64,000 nucleotides of DNA. Origin: an uncultured Candidatus Binatia bacterium (GTDB lineage: Bacteria; Desulfobacterota; Binatia; UBA9968; JAJDTQ01). Made by a program: the position numbers and the translations under genes. The DNA is taken from NCBI GenBank assembly GCA_965213675.1, contig OZ243916.1, forward strand, positions 704,001-768,000, in the 5' to 3' direction. The notes under the pieces were generated by a model. The model saw nothing but the letters and a program-made list of their open reading frames with translations, had not been told where the DNA came from and searched no databases. Below are positions 17,908 through 27,437 of the stretch, piece by piece; within the stretch, counting starts at the first letter, position 1; each line of letters begins with the position of its first letter.

Positions 17908-20196
17908 TCAGCTCCCGTTCTTCTTCTTTTCCTTAAGGGCGCGCAGCACCTTTTCCGCCGTGATGGGGAGGGTCCGGATGCGCACGCCCACGGCGTCGTA
18001 GATGGCGTTGCTGATGATGGCGGCCACCGGATCCATGCCCAGTTCACCCAGGCCCTTGGCGCCGAAGGGTCCGGTGGGTTCGTAGGAATCGGCGAACTCG
18101 TGCACCAGTTCGGGCATGTCGCGCATGGAGGCCAGCCGGTAGTCGCTGAAGTTGGGGTTCACCGGGCGGCCTTCCTCCATGCGGATGCCCTCGATGAGCG
18201 CGTAGCCCAGCCCCTGGGCGATGGAACCTTCCACCTGGCCCTCGGCGCCGACGCGGTAGATGACCGTGCCGCAGTCCGACGCCACCGCATACTGGATCAC
18301 TTTGACGTGGCCGGTGTCCGGGTCCACTTCCACCTCTGCCGCTTGGCAGCCGAAGTTGTACGCGCCGGACTCGTTGCCGTAGCGCAGAGCATCCTGGCTC
18401 ACGGAATCGGCGTCGAAGCTGCCGGATGCCACCACCGGCGCGCCGCCGCGCCGGAACTGCCGCCCGCGCACCACGTCGGCCACGCTGATGGAGCGTTGCT
18501 CGGCGCCCTTGACGAAGATCATGCCGTCCCGCGACACCAAGTCTCCGGGGTCGCACTCCAGCATTTCCGCGGCGGTCTCGTGCAGGATCTCCTTGACCGC
18601 GGTGGCGGCATTCTTCACCGCGTTGCCGGCGACGTAGGTGAGGCGGCTGGCGTAGTTGCCGAGGCAGAAGGTGGTGAGGTCGGTGTCGGCCTCGGAAATG
18701 CCCACGTCGGAGAAGGGGAGGCCCAATTCCTCGGCGGCGATCTGGCACATGGCGGTCCAGTGCCCCTGTCCGGTCTCGCCCTCGCCGCTCAGGATGAAGG
18801 CCTTGCCATCCTCGTTCATCTTGATGGTGGCGGAGCTGCCGTCGTAGTCGCCGAAGTGGCGCTTGCCGCTTACGTGCACGGTGCAGCCCATGCCGAGGCC
18901 GCGCAGAGGCTTCCGGTTGGCGCGCTTCTCCTTCCACCCGATCATGCGCTCGGTGCGGTCGATGCACTGCTTCAACTCGCAGCTTATGACGCGGTTGCCG
19001 TGGGGGGAGACGTAGCCTTCCTCGGCGGCGTTGAGGCGCGCCATCTCGAAGGGGTCCATGCCCAGCTCGTCCGCGGCGATGTCCATCATCTGCTCCACGG
19101 AGAACTCGGCCGACGGGTTGCCGAAGCCCCGGAAGGCGCCGGTGGGAATCTTGTTGGTGTACACCAGGTAGGCTTCGGAACGCACATCAGAGTACTTGTA
19201 GCAGGTGTCATGGCGCAGGGCGGCCACGCCGGTGATGGCCGGTGCCTTGCCGCTGTACGCGCCATTGTCGGCGATGATGCGCATGTGCTTGGCGCGGATG
19301 CGGCCGTCCTTCTTGAAGCCCATGCGCACCCACACCTTCATGTTGACCCGCGGCCGGCTGCCGGCCAGGAATTCCTCCTCCCGGCTGTTGATGATCTTCA
19401 CCGGACGGCGCGCCTTGCGCGCCAGGATGGCCGCCACCATGGCATTGTTGTCGTCGCAGGACTTGCCGCCGAAGCCGCCGCCCACCGCGGTCTGGATGAC
19501 GCGCACGTCGGCTTCCCGCACGCCCATGGCCACGGCCAGGCGCATGCGCGCCATGAACAGGGTCTGGGTGTTCATGTACACCGTGTACTTGCCGTTGGCC
19601 GAGTAGTCAGCGACGCTGCCGATGGTCTCGATGGCCGCATGCCATTGAGGCACACTCTCGAAGGTGTCCTCGATGACCAGATCCGAGTCCTTGAACGCGG
19701 CGTCGATGTCGCCCCGCACCACGTCGATGGTGAGGGCGACGTTGTTCTCCTTTTCCTCGTGAATCAGGGGCGCGCCCGGCTCCATGGCCTCCGCGGCATC
19801 GAACACCGCGGGCAGCTCTTCCCAGTCGACGTCGATGAGTTCCAGGGCCTCCTCCGCGGTGTCGCGGTCCACCGCCGCCACCGCGGCCACCTCCTCGCCC
19901 ACGTAGCGCGCCTTGCCCACGGACAGCGGATACTGGTCGGGGAAGAATACCCCCCAGCCCTTCTTGATGGTGTCTTCGGCGGTGACCACGGCCTTGACGC
20001 CGCGGAGCTTCTCCGCCCGGCTGGTGTCGATGTTGCGGATGCGGGCGTGGGGCAGGGGACTTCTCAGGATACGGCCCGTCAACATGCCTGGCAGGAAGAC
20101 GTCGGCCACGTAGGCCGCGCTCCCCGTCACCTTGTCGTAACCCTCGTAGCGGTCGACCTTGCGGCCCAGCACCGCGAAATTCTCTGCCTTGCTCAT
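17908..20196 (-). CDS. Xanthine dehydrogenase family molybdopterin-binding (large) subunit
   Basis: DKVTGSAAY, RSPLPHARI, VGGGFGGK, AFRGFG, ETGQG, GQVEGS, GPFGAKGLGE. Confidence 0.93.
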   Translation of the reverse strand: MSKAENFAVLGRKVDRYEGYDKVTGSAAYVADVFLPGMLTGRILRSPLPHARIRNIDTSRAEKLRGVKAVVTAEDTIKKGWGVFFPDQYPLSVGKARYVGEEVAAVAAVDRDTAEEALELIDVDWEELPAVFDAAEAMEPGAPLIHEEKENNVALTIDVVRGDIDAAFKDSDLVIEDTFESVPQWHAAIETIGSVADYSANGKYTVYMNTQTLFMARMRLAVAMGVREADVRVIQTAVGGGFGGKSCDDNNAMVAAILARKARRPVKIINSREEEFLAGSRPRVNMKVWVRMGFKKDGRIRAKHMRIIADNGAYSGKAPAITGVAALRHDTCYKYSDVRSEAYLVYTNKIPTGAFRGFGNPSAEFSVEQMMDIAADELGMDPFEMARLNAAEEGYVSPHGNRVISCELKQCIDRTERMIGWKEKRANRKPLRGLGMGCTVHVSGKRHFGDYDGSSATIKMNEDGKAFILSGEGETGQGHWTAMCQIAAEELGLPFSDVGISEADTDLTTFCLGNYASRLTYVAGNAVKNAATAVKEILHETAAEMLECDPGDLVSRDGMIFVKGAEQRSISVADVVRGRQFRRGGAPVVASGSFDADSVSQDALRYGNESGAYNFGCQAAEVEVDPDTGHVKVIQYAVASDCGTVIYRVGAEGQVEGSIAQGLGYALIEGIRMEEGRPVNPNFSDYRLASMRDMPELVHEFADSYEPTGPFGAKGLGELGMDPVAAIISNAIYDAVGVRIRTLPITAEKVLRALKEKKKNGS

Positions 20197-20348
20197 GTTT
20201 CCCTCAAGACGTTTCGTTTCCCTGAAACACGTTTCCGAACGTCAAGCGCGTTCAGCAGGATGCACTCGGATTTTCTCCGGTGGATCACCGGAATGATTCG
20301 CGTATCCCTTTCGCGGCCTGTCCTCGCGCGAAAGGATCCCAAGGCAGA

Positions 20349-20903
20349 CTAATCCGCGGTCTCGCTCTTGTAGGTATCCGACTGGTAGAGGCTCTGTATC
20401 CGGGCTTGACGGGCGGCCTCGCCGGGCTGGCCCTGCTCCACCTTGCCCTCCACCACGGCCATCACCGATTCCAGGATCTTGTAATAGCCGGTGCAGCGGC
20501 ACAGGTTGGCGGACATCCACTCCTTTACCTCGTCGGCGGTGGGGTTGGGGTTCACGTCCAGCAGCGCCTTGGCGGCCATGATCTGGCCGGGGGTGCAGAT
20601 GCCGCACTGAAGTCCGCCGTACTGCACGAAGGCGTGCTGCAACGGATGCATCTCGCCCTCCCGGGCCAAGCCCTCGATGGTCTCGATTTTCTTCCCCTCG
20701 CAGGCCGCCGCCAGGGTGAGGCAACTGCTCACGAGGCGGCCATCCACGATGACGCTGCACGCGCCGCACACGCCGATGCTGCACCCTTCCTTGGTGCCCG
20801 TGAGGCCCACATCCTCGCGCAGGGCCTCCAGCAGCAGGCGGTTGGGCTCGATCTCGACATCGTGCTCCTCGCCATTGACGTTCAAGACCACTTCTCTCTT
20901 CAT
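20349..20903 (-). CDS. Xanthine dehydrogenase family [2Fe-2S] (small) subunit
   Basis: GTKEGCSIGVCGACS, QCGICTPG, NLCRCTGY. Confidence 0.94.
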   Translation of the reverse strand: MKREVVLNVNGEEHDVEIEPNRLLLEALREDVGLTGTKEGCSIGVCGACSVIVDGRLVSSCLTLAAACEGKKIETIEGLAREGEMHPLQHAFVQYGGLQCGICTPGQIMAAKALLDVNPNPTADEVKEWMSANLCRCTGYYKILESVMAVVEGKVEQGQPGEAARQARIQSLYQSDTYKSETAD

Positions 20904-21060
20904 GTTTGACCTCTGAAGTTCATGGACTCGGCCGCCTTCATGGATTTGGCCTCGGACCGGTTGAAACCTGCCGAAACAAACCGATCCCGGTATGGACAGG
21001 CGGGCTCGAAACCGGTCGCGACGCCCTTCATGCGGACACGTGCGGGTTGCGGCGCTCCCG

Positions 21061-22716
21061 TTATACCGACCGCCCGGCGTGGGTCTTGCCCCATTCCAGA
21101 CGGATGGACTTGAGGGTCTGGCCTTCGCCCACGTCGACGCGGGTGCCCTGGAGCTTTTTGCCCACTTTCTCGTAATCGCCCTCGGCGGCCATGCGCGCCT
21201 CCTCGTCCAGCTCGTCGGGCCACAGGCCCATGAGGTAGCCGTGCCACGGCTCCTTGAGTTGCAATTCGGGGAGGTCCAGTTCCTTCCACAACTCCACCGC
21301 CCGTTCCATGTAGGGCTTCTTGGGCAGTGACAGGGGCGGCAGGTCGGCCTTGCGAGTGGCGTCGATGAGCAGCGCCGAGTCGGTGCTGTCGTAGCGGCTC
21401 GACGGGTGGCTCACCACCATGCCGATGGGGGTGGCTCCGAAGGGGCGGTTGGGGATGATGGTGACGTCCTTGTGCGGCTGGCAGCGGTGGGTAATGGCCC
21501 AGGTCACGGCCACGGGGTCGCTCACGTTGATGTCCGCGTCCACCGCCACGATGAACTTGCCCACCCGGTCGCCGTACTGAAGCACGGCGTCCATGACCCG
21601 CCGGGGCTCGCCGTCGTCCTTCTTGTCCAACCGGACGGCGACATAGGGGCGCATGTTCACCAGCTCCTCCATCATGTAGACTTCCTTCACCGAATCGAAG
21701 CCCTTGCCGGTGAGGTAGCGGTGCACCAGGGTGCTCATGCCCATGGCCTTGATCTTGGAACTCTCGCTGGGGGTCACCTGGCTGATGATGGAGACCCAGA
21801 TGGGATCTTTCCGGTGCATGACGCAGGTCAGTTCCATCACCGGGCCGATGGTCCGGGGGTCGACGTAACCCATGGACTCGCCGAAGGGGCCTTCCTCTTC
21901 CAGGTAGTTCGTGGGAATGATGCCCTCGAACACCACCTCGGAGGTGGCCGGCACCTCCAGGTCCACGGTCTGGCACTTGACGAGCTGCACCGGGGTGCGG
22001 GCGAGGCCACCGGCCAGGGCCAGTTCGTCCATGTCGGGGGGCACCTTTTGGGTGGCCGTGTACGAGGCCGCGGGCACCGTGCCCACGGCAATGGCCACTT
22101 CCAGTGGAATGCCCCGCTCGCGGCACTTCTCCCAGTGGGCGGACAGGTCCTGAGGCGTGCCCGAATTGGCGCCGCAGCGCAGCGGCGACTTCACCAGCCC
22201 GCGGTAGTTGCCGACGTTGCGCGCGCCGGTTTCGGGGTCCTTGGTGATCCAGTGGCCCGCGGTAATGTACGGTCCGTTGTCGAATCCGGGAGTGGAAATG
22301 GGGATCGGGAAGCGCGCGAAGCCGCCGCTGGCGGCAAGGTCGTCGCCCTTGTGAATGACTTCCATGACCGGACCGCCGGGCACCATGGCCGGCGGGATGG
22401 GGTTTTCCATGGCCTCGATCCAGCGGTCCGGCACCTCTTCCGGCCGGCACTGGAGCCCCAGGCTGTAGATGGCGGTGGAGCCGGAAAGCCCCCCCACCAG
22501 CACCGAGCCGTCATAGCGGCGGCCCTTGGAATCGGTGACGTTCTCGAACAGGAAGGCCTTGCGCTGCTCGTCGGGCAGTCCCCGGAACTGCAGGCGCACC
22601 AGCGGCTGCAGTTCGGTGTCCTTGTTCACTTCCCGGGTGATGCGGATGAGCTTGCCGGCGTCCTCCAGCACCGCGATGAATTCGCGTAGATCTTCGTAGG
22701 GTCGTTGGTTGGCCAT
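21061..22716 (-). CDS. UbiD family decarboxylase with C-terminal extension
   Basis: YEDLREFI, KAFLFENV, RNVGNYRG, EEGPFGE, LIDATRK; start at MANQRPY. Confidence 0.92.
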   Translation of the reverse strand: MANQRPYEDLREFIAVLEDAGKLIRITREVNKDTELQPLVRLQFRGLPDEQRKAFLFENVTDSKGRRYDGSVLVGGLSGSTAIYSLGLQCRPEEVPDRWIEAMENPIPPAMVPGGPVMEVIHKGDDLAASGGFARFPIPISTPGFDNGPYITAGHWITKDPETGARNVGNYRGLVKSPLRCGANSGTPQDLSAHWEKCRERGIPLEVAIAVGTVPAASYTATQKVPPDMDELALAGGLARTPVQLVKCQTVDLEVPATSEVVFEGIIPTNYLEEEGPFGESMGYVDPRTIGPVMELTCVMHRKDPIWVSIISQVTPSESSKIKAMGMSTLVHRYLTGKGFDSVKEVYMMEELVNMRPYVAVRLDKKDDGEPRRVMDAVLQYGDRVGKFIVAVDADINVSDPVAVTWAITHRCQPHKDVTIIPNRPFGATPIGMVVSHPSSRYDSTDSALLIDATRKADLPPLSLPKKPYMERAVELWKELDLPELQLKEPWHGYLMGLWPDELDEEARMAAEGDYEKVGKKLQGTRVDVGEGQTLKSIRLEWGKTHAGRSV

Positions 22717-22792
22717 GGGGTCAGGATTTATGGGTTTTTGGCTATTTACGCAACCCTTGGGCCGGGGCCGCGCCTCTTGCGGCCGGCGCATT

Positions 22793-22820
22793 TTGCAAAT
22801 CCCACGGCGTGGCGTAAGAT
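22793..22820 (+). promoter_or_regulatory. Putative sigma70 promoter immediately before cysS
   Basis: TTGCAA-16 bp-TAAGAT; ATG begins 8 nt after the -10 box. Confidence 0.35.
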
Positions 22821-22828
22821 GATCCGAC

Positions 22829-24244
22829 ATGGCTCTTTGCATCACGAACACCATGAGCGGAAGGAAAGAGCCGTTCGTTCCGCTCACGCCGGGCACGGTG
22901 AACCTTTACGTGTGCGGCGTCACGGTCTACGACGAGTGCCACATCGGCCACGCCCGCGCCCTGCTGACCTTCGACGTCATCTACCGTTACCTGCGCTTCC
23001 TGGGGTTCGATTGCCGTTTCGTCCGGAATTTCACCGACGTGGACGACAAGATCATCAACCGGGCCAACCAGGAGGGAATTGCATCCGAGGAGCTGGCGCA
23101 GCGCTACATCGACGCCTTCCACCGGGACGCGGACGCCCTCGGGCTGGCGCACCCGACCGTGGAGCCCCGCGCCACCGAGCACATTGACGGGATGATCGGG
23201 CTCATCGCGGCCCTCGTCCAACGCGGTCATGCCTATCCCGTGGCCGGGGACGTCTATTTCGCGGTGGAGAGCTTCTCCGGGTACGGCAAGCTGTCGCGCC
23301 GGAGCCTCGACGAGATGACCGCGGGCGCGCGCGTCGAAGTGGACGACCGCAAACGCCATCCCATGGATTTTGCTTTGTGGAAGGCCAGCAAGGAAGGGGA
23401 ACCCTCCTGGGAAAGTCCTTGGGGCAGGGGACGCCCGGGCTGGCACATCGAATGCTCGGTCATGAGCACGAAGTATCTGGGCCAGCCCTTCGACATCCAC
23501 GGCGGCGGGCAGGATCTGGTGTTCCCCCATCACGAAAACGAGATCGCGCAGTCCGAGTGCGGCGCCGGCGCGCCCTTCGCGCGTTACTGGATCCACAACG
23601 GTTTCGTCCAGTTGTCGCGCGAGAAGATGTCCAAGTCGTTGGGCAACATCCTCAGCATCCAGGACGTGCTGCGGCGCTTCGATCCGGTGGCGTTGCGCCT
23701 GTACATGCTGACGACCCATTACCGCAATCCCATCGAGTTTTCCGAGGAGGGCCTCGCGGAGGCCCAGCGCACGGTGGCGCGGCTGTACGAGACCGTGAGC
23801 CGGGCGGACCGCCTCGTGGACGCCTCCCCGGGCGGCGCGCCCGAGCCCGGCCCCATGGAATACTTCCAGCGCGAGATGGACGACGACTTCAATACGCCGC
23901 GCGCCCTGGCGGTGGTATTCGAGGAGCTCCGAGCGGTCAACCGCTTGCTGGATCAGGGCCACGCGCGCGCCCTTGCGGGAAGGCGCGACGCGCTGCGCGC
24001 CATGATGGAGGCCCTCGGCCTCATGCAGGCGCCGCCCGAACGTTTCCTGGAGCAACGGCGCCAGAGCGGGCTTTCGCGTCTGGCCCTGTCCGAGGACGAA
24101 ATCCGGTGCATGATCGGGGAGCGCAACGCCGCACGCCGCCGGAAGGACTGGGCGCGGGCCGACGGCATTCGGGATGGGTTGAAGGAAAAGGGGATTCTGT
24201 TGAAAGACGGTCCTTCCGGCACCACCTGGGAATTGGCGGAATGA
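22829..24244 (+). CDS. cysS: Cysteine--tRNA ligase
   Basis: YVCGVTVYDECHIGH, GRPGWHIECS, DIHGGGQDLVFPHHENE, KMSKS. Confidence 0.98.
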   Translation: MALCITNTMSGRKEPFVPLTPGTVNLYVCGVTVYDECHIGHARALLTFDVIYRYLRFLGFDCRFVRNFTDVDDKIINRANQEGIASEELAQRYIDAFHRDADALGLAHPTVEPRATEHIDGMIGLIAALVQRGHAYPVAGDVYFAVESFSGYGKLSRRSLDEMTAGARVEVDDRKRHPMDFALWKASKEGEPSWESPWGRGRPGWHIECSVMSTKYLGQPFDIHGGGQDLVFPHHENEIAQSECGAGAPFARYWIHNGFVQLSREKMSKSLGNILSIQDVLRRFDPVALRLYMLTTHYRNPIEFSEEGLAEAQRTVARLYETVSRADRLVDASPGGAPEPGPMEYFQREMDDDFNTPRALAVVFEELRAVNRLLDQGHARALAGRRDALRAMMEALGLMQAPPERFLEQRRQSGLSRLALSEDEIRCMIGERNAARRRKDWARADGIRDGLKEKGILLKDGPSGTTWELAE

Positions 24245-24291
24245 GCCCCGACTTGTTCCAGAACACCACTGCTTGCCGTTGATTTAAAGGC

Positions 24292-25722
24292 ATGGCTCGA
24301 AGGCGAAAGGGCTGGACGTTCCTGCCGCGAAGAAACCTGGGTCTCCTGGGGGCACTGGCCGTGCTGCTGGTCCTGGTCGTGGGGGGCGTCCTGGTGATGC
24401 GGCAATGGGAGTGGTCCCAGCCGAGCATTGAGGTTCGTCTTGATCGAGCCACCGTCGGAAGGCGCGCATTCGCCGTTGAGGTGGCCGACCGCGGCACCGG
24501 CCTTTCCTACGTTTCCATCGACGTCGTCTCCGCGGGCGTGTTAATACCGATCCACTCCCAGCAGTTCACCGAAGCCGTGTACTCGTTCGATATTTCCGTA
24601 CAGCTCGATCCGCAAAAGCACCGCTTGAAGGACGGCCCCGGTGTGCTGAAGGTGACCGCGGTGGACCGTTCCTACTGGCGGTTTTTTCGCGGAAACGAGT
24701 CCATTCTGGAAAAACAGGTTCTTCTGGACTTCAAGCCGCCGGCCGTGGAGATTACCGGCGATGATCGCTACGTCACCCAGGGCGGCACCGGCCTTGTGAC
24801 CTACAGGGCTTCGCCGGACACGAAGCGAACCGGTGTGAAGATCGCGCGGTACTTCTTTCCGGCGTACAGGAATCCGAGCGCGGATGACGGCGCGTATCTG
24901 GCTTTTTTCTCCCATCCCTACGACGTCCCGGCCACCGAGCAGGCGGTGATCGCGGCCGAAGACTTCGCCGGCAACAAGTCGGAGTCTCTGTTGAGATACA
25001 ACGTCCGGCCGCTCCGGTACCGGTCGGTTCGGGTCGCGGTTTCCGACGACTTCATCCGGCGGAAGATCGTGCCGCTGGTCAGCACGGCCGGCGGTTCGGG
25101 TGGAGGCCCTCGCCAACAGTTCGTCAAGGTCAATCGCGACCTGCGGCGGGTCAACGAGGACACGATTCGCAAGACGTGCCGGCGCTCCGCGCCGAGGAAG
25201 CTTTGGGACGGCCGTTTCAGGCAACTCGCCAACTCCGCGGTACAAGCCAACTTCGCTGATCGACGCTCCTACTACTACCGCGACGAGAAGATCGACGAGG
25301 CGCGTCACCTGGGTTACGACCTGGCCGTCACCCGGCAGTATCCCGTGGGAGCGGCCAACAGCGGGGCGGTGGTATTCGCCGGTCCGCTGGGGATCTACGG
25401 CAACACCGTGATTATCGATCACGGACTGGGCTTGTGCAGCCTCTATTCCCACCTGAGCTCGGTGACCGTGAACGCCGGAGAGACGGTCCGGAAGGGCGCC
25501 AATATCGGCCGCACCGGTGAAACGGGTCTTGCCGTCGGGGACCACCTGCACTACGGCGTCTATATTCACGGTGTCGCGGTGCTGCCGCTGGAATGGTGGG
25601 ACCCGAAGTGGATCCGGGACAATGTCGCGGGCAAGCTCAAGCCCCCGGCCAAGGCGGCAGGCCGTACACGAGCGCCCGCGTCAGGGCTTTTGCCGCGGCG
25701 CGCCGCTCGCGGGGACACGTGA
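24292..25722 (+). CDS. M23 family metallopeptidase with N-terminal membrane anchor
   Basis: HLGYDLA (HxxxD), YGNTVIIDHG, SLYSHL, GDHLHY (HxH). Confidence 0.9.
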   Translation: MARRRKGWTFLPRRNLGLLGALAVLLVLVVGGVLVMRQWEWSQPSIEVRLDRATVGRRAFAVEVADRGTGLSYVSIDVVSAGVLIPIHSQQFTEAVYSFDISVQLDPQKHRLKDGPGVLKVTAVDRSYWRFFRGNESILEKQVLLDFKPPAVEITGDDRYVTQGGTGLVTYRASPDTKRTGVKIARYFFPAYRNPSADDGAYLAFFSHPYDVPATEQAVIAAEDFAGNKSESLLRYNVRPLRYRSVRVAVSDDFIRRKIVPLVSTAGGSGGGPRQQFVKVNRDLRRVNEDTIRKTCRRSAPRKLWDGRFRQLANSAVQANFADRRSYYYRDEKIDEARHLGYDLAVTRQYPVGAANSGAVVFAGPLGIYGNTVIIDHGLGLCSLYSHLSSVTVNAGETVRKGANIGRTGETGLAVGDHLHYGVYIHGVAVLPLEWWDPKWIRDNVAGKLKPPAKAAGRTRAPASGLLPRRAARGDT

Positions 25723-26138
25723 GGGTGGCCGCGGGCATACTCTCCCGGGCCGGCCGATTCCTGGTGTGTCAGCGGCGGGGCGACGGCCTGTTCCCGCGCA
25801 AGTGGGAGTTCCCCGGGGGCAAGATCGAAGCGGGGGAAGGGGCGCGCGCCGCCCTTGACCGCGAACTCAGGGAAGAATTGAATGTGACGGTCGAGGAGAC
25901 TCGCGAGATCTTCCGGCATACTTACGAATATGCCGGTGGTTTGCGGGTGGAGTTGGTGTTCTTCGAGGTGCTTTCCTACGGTGGCATCCCGCGCAATCAA
26001 GTATTCGAGCGCATCGATTGGGTGCCCGCGGAGGCGCTTGGGACGCTCGACTTTCTGGAAGGGGACCAGCCGCTGGTGCGGGTCCTGTCGGACGGCGGTC
26101 TGAAGCGGCTGCCGGAACGGAGGGAGGAGCCTGGATGA
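25719..26138 (+). CDS. NUDIX hydrolase, MutT/NudG-like
   Basis: WEFPGGKIEAGE...ALDRELREEL Nudix box; GTG overlaps the M23 stop (GTGA). Confidence 0.88.
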   Translation: MRVAAGILSRAGRFLVCQRRGDGLFPRKWEFPGGKIEAGEGARAALDRELREELNVTVEETREIFRHTYEYAGGLRVELVFFEVLSYGGIPRNQVFERIDWVPAEALGTLDFLEGDQPLVRVLSDGGLKRLPERREEPG

Positions 26139-27223
26139 TCCTGGTATTGCGTCCGGAAGACATAGACGGCCTGATCACCATGAAGGAAGCCGTCGACCTG
26201 GTGCGGGAGGGGTTCGCTCAGTGGGAGCAGAATCCGGACATCAGCATGGTGCGCCGGCGCACACACATGCCGTCGAACGTGCGCGTCAGCGTCCATCAGG
26301 GAGGGCTGCCCGCGGTCGGGGTTACCGGCTTGATGACCCACTGCGAATGGACCAAGAATCCGGTCCACGGATCGCATTCCATCGAGGCCTTTCCGGTGCG
26401 CGGACGGCCCACGCAGGTGCTCTTCGATTCCGAGACCGGAGAGCTGCGTTGTGTCATCATCGGCGAGCCGAGGCCGCGCGAGTTGTCCCTGAGCGGCGTG
26501 TCCGCCCTGCGCACCGCCGCCAACAGCGCGGTGGGTACGGATCTGCTGGCGCGCAAGGACGCCCGCACCGTCGGCATGCTGGGATCGCAGAATCAGGCCA
26601 AGTACCACCTGCTTGCGTTGCGGGAAATACGCGCCCTCGGGACCGTCAAGGTGTTCAGCCCGAACCCCGAGCACCGGAAGGAGTTCGCCGATGAGATGGG
26701 CGATCTCACGGGACTGGAGATCCGCCCGGTGGAGAGCGCCCGGGAGGCCGTCCGGGACGCCGACATGGTCATCGCCGCCACCAGCTCCAACGTCCCGGTG
26801 CTGGACGGCCACTGGCTGGAGCCCGGTGTCCACCTGACTTCCATCGTCCTCAGCAACATCGGGCTGATGCGCGGCGGCTTCGTCCCCAAGATGCGCCAGG
26901 AACTGGACGACGAGAGCATGCGGCGCGCGGACATCATCGGCGTCAATTCCCGGCAGACCATCGAGGTGGATCAACCCGGCGACTTCATGGAGCGGCTGGA
27001 GAAGGGCATCATCTCCTGGGACAAGATCGTCGAGGCTGGCGAGATCCTGAACGGCGTGAAGCCGGGACGCACCGCCGACAGCCAGATCACCCTGTTCAAG
27101 AACACGGGCGGGGTGGGGATTTCCGACGTGGCCATCGGAGGCAGGTTGTACCAGTTGGCGCGCGAACGCGGCCTCGGCATCGAGTTGCCCATCGACGGCG
27201 CCGAGTGGCGCGAGCCGCTCTAG
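26135..27223 (+). CDS. Ornithine cyclodeaminase / mu-crystallin family protein 1
   Basis: LFDSETGE, ALRTAANSAVG, DADMVIAATSS, GRT..QITLFKNTGG; ATGA overlap with the NUDIX gene. Confidence 0.88.
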   Translation: MILVLRPEDIDGLITMKEAVDLVREGFAQWEQNPDISMVRRRTHMPSNVRVSVHQGGLPAVGVTGLMTHCEWTKNPVHGSHSIEAFPVRGRPTQVLFDSETGELRCVIIGEPRPRELSLSGVSALRTAANSAVGTDLLARKDARTVGMLGSQNQAKYHLLALREIRALGTVKVFSPNPEHRKEFADEMGDLTGLEIRPVESAREAVRDADMVIAATSSNVPVLDGHWLEPGVHLTSIVLSNIGLMRGGFVPKMRQELDDESMRRADIIGVNSRQTIEVDQPGDFMERLEKGIISWDKIVEAGEILNGVKPGRTADSQITLFKNTGGVGISDVAIGGRLYQLARERGLGIELPIDGAEWREPL

Positions 27224-27386
27224 GAGCCTGCGCCGGAGGAATTCGCGAAAGCGAAAATTCGCTATCGCCGTCCCTTCGGCCGGTCGATTGAGGAGAATAT
27301 CAGGTCATATTTGACGAAATCGAGCGGCCGAAGGGACGGATGAGAGCGGATTTGCAGCCGTGAATTCCTGCGGCGCAGGCTCCTAG
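27220..27386 (+). mobile_element. Family-B MITE-like element, complete copy (167 bp)
   Basis: CTAG at both ends; 25-bp TIRs with 24/25 match (CTAGGAGCCTGCGCCG(G/C)AGGAATTC); internal 15-bp perfect stem 27268-27282/27325-27339. Confidence 0.8.
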
Positions 27387-27437
27387 GGGGCCCGGGGAAC
27401 GCCGGGTCGATTGCCGGCGATCGGAAAGGATGCGGTC

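Noticed and set aside
17908-20196. Aerobic CO dehydrogenase or 4-hydroxybenzoyl-CoA reductase call
   Set aside because: No AYxCSFR motif in the large subunit and no [4Fe-4S] insertion in the FAD subunit.
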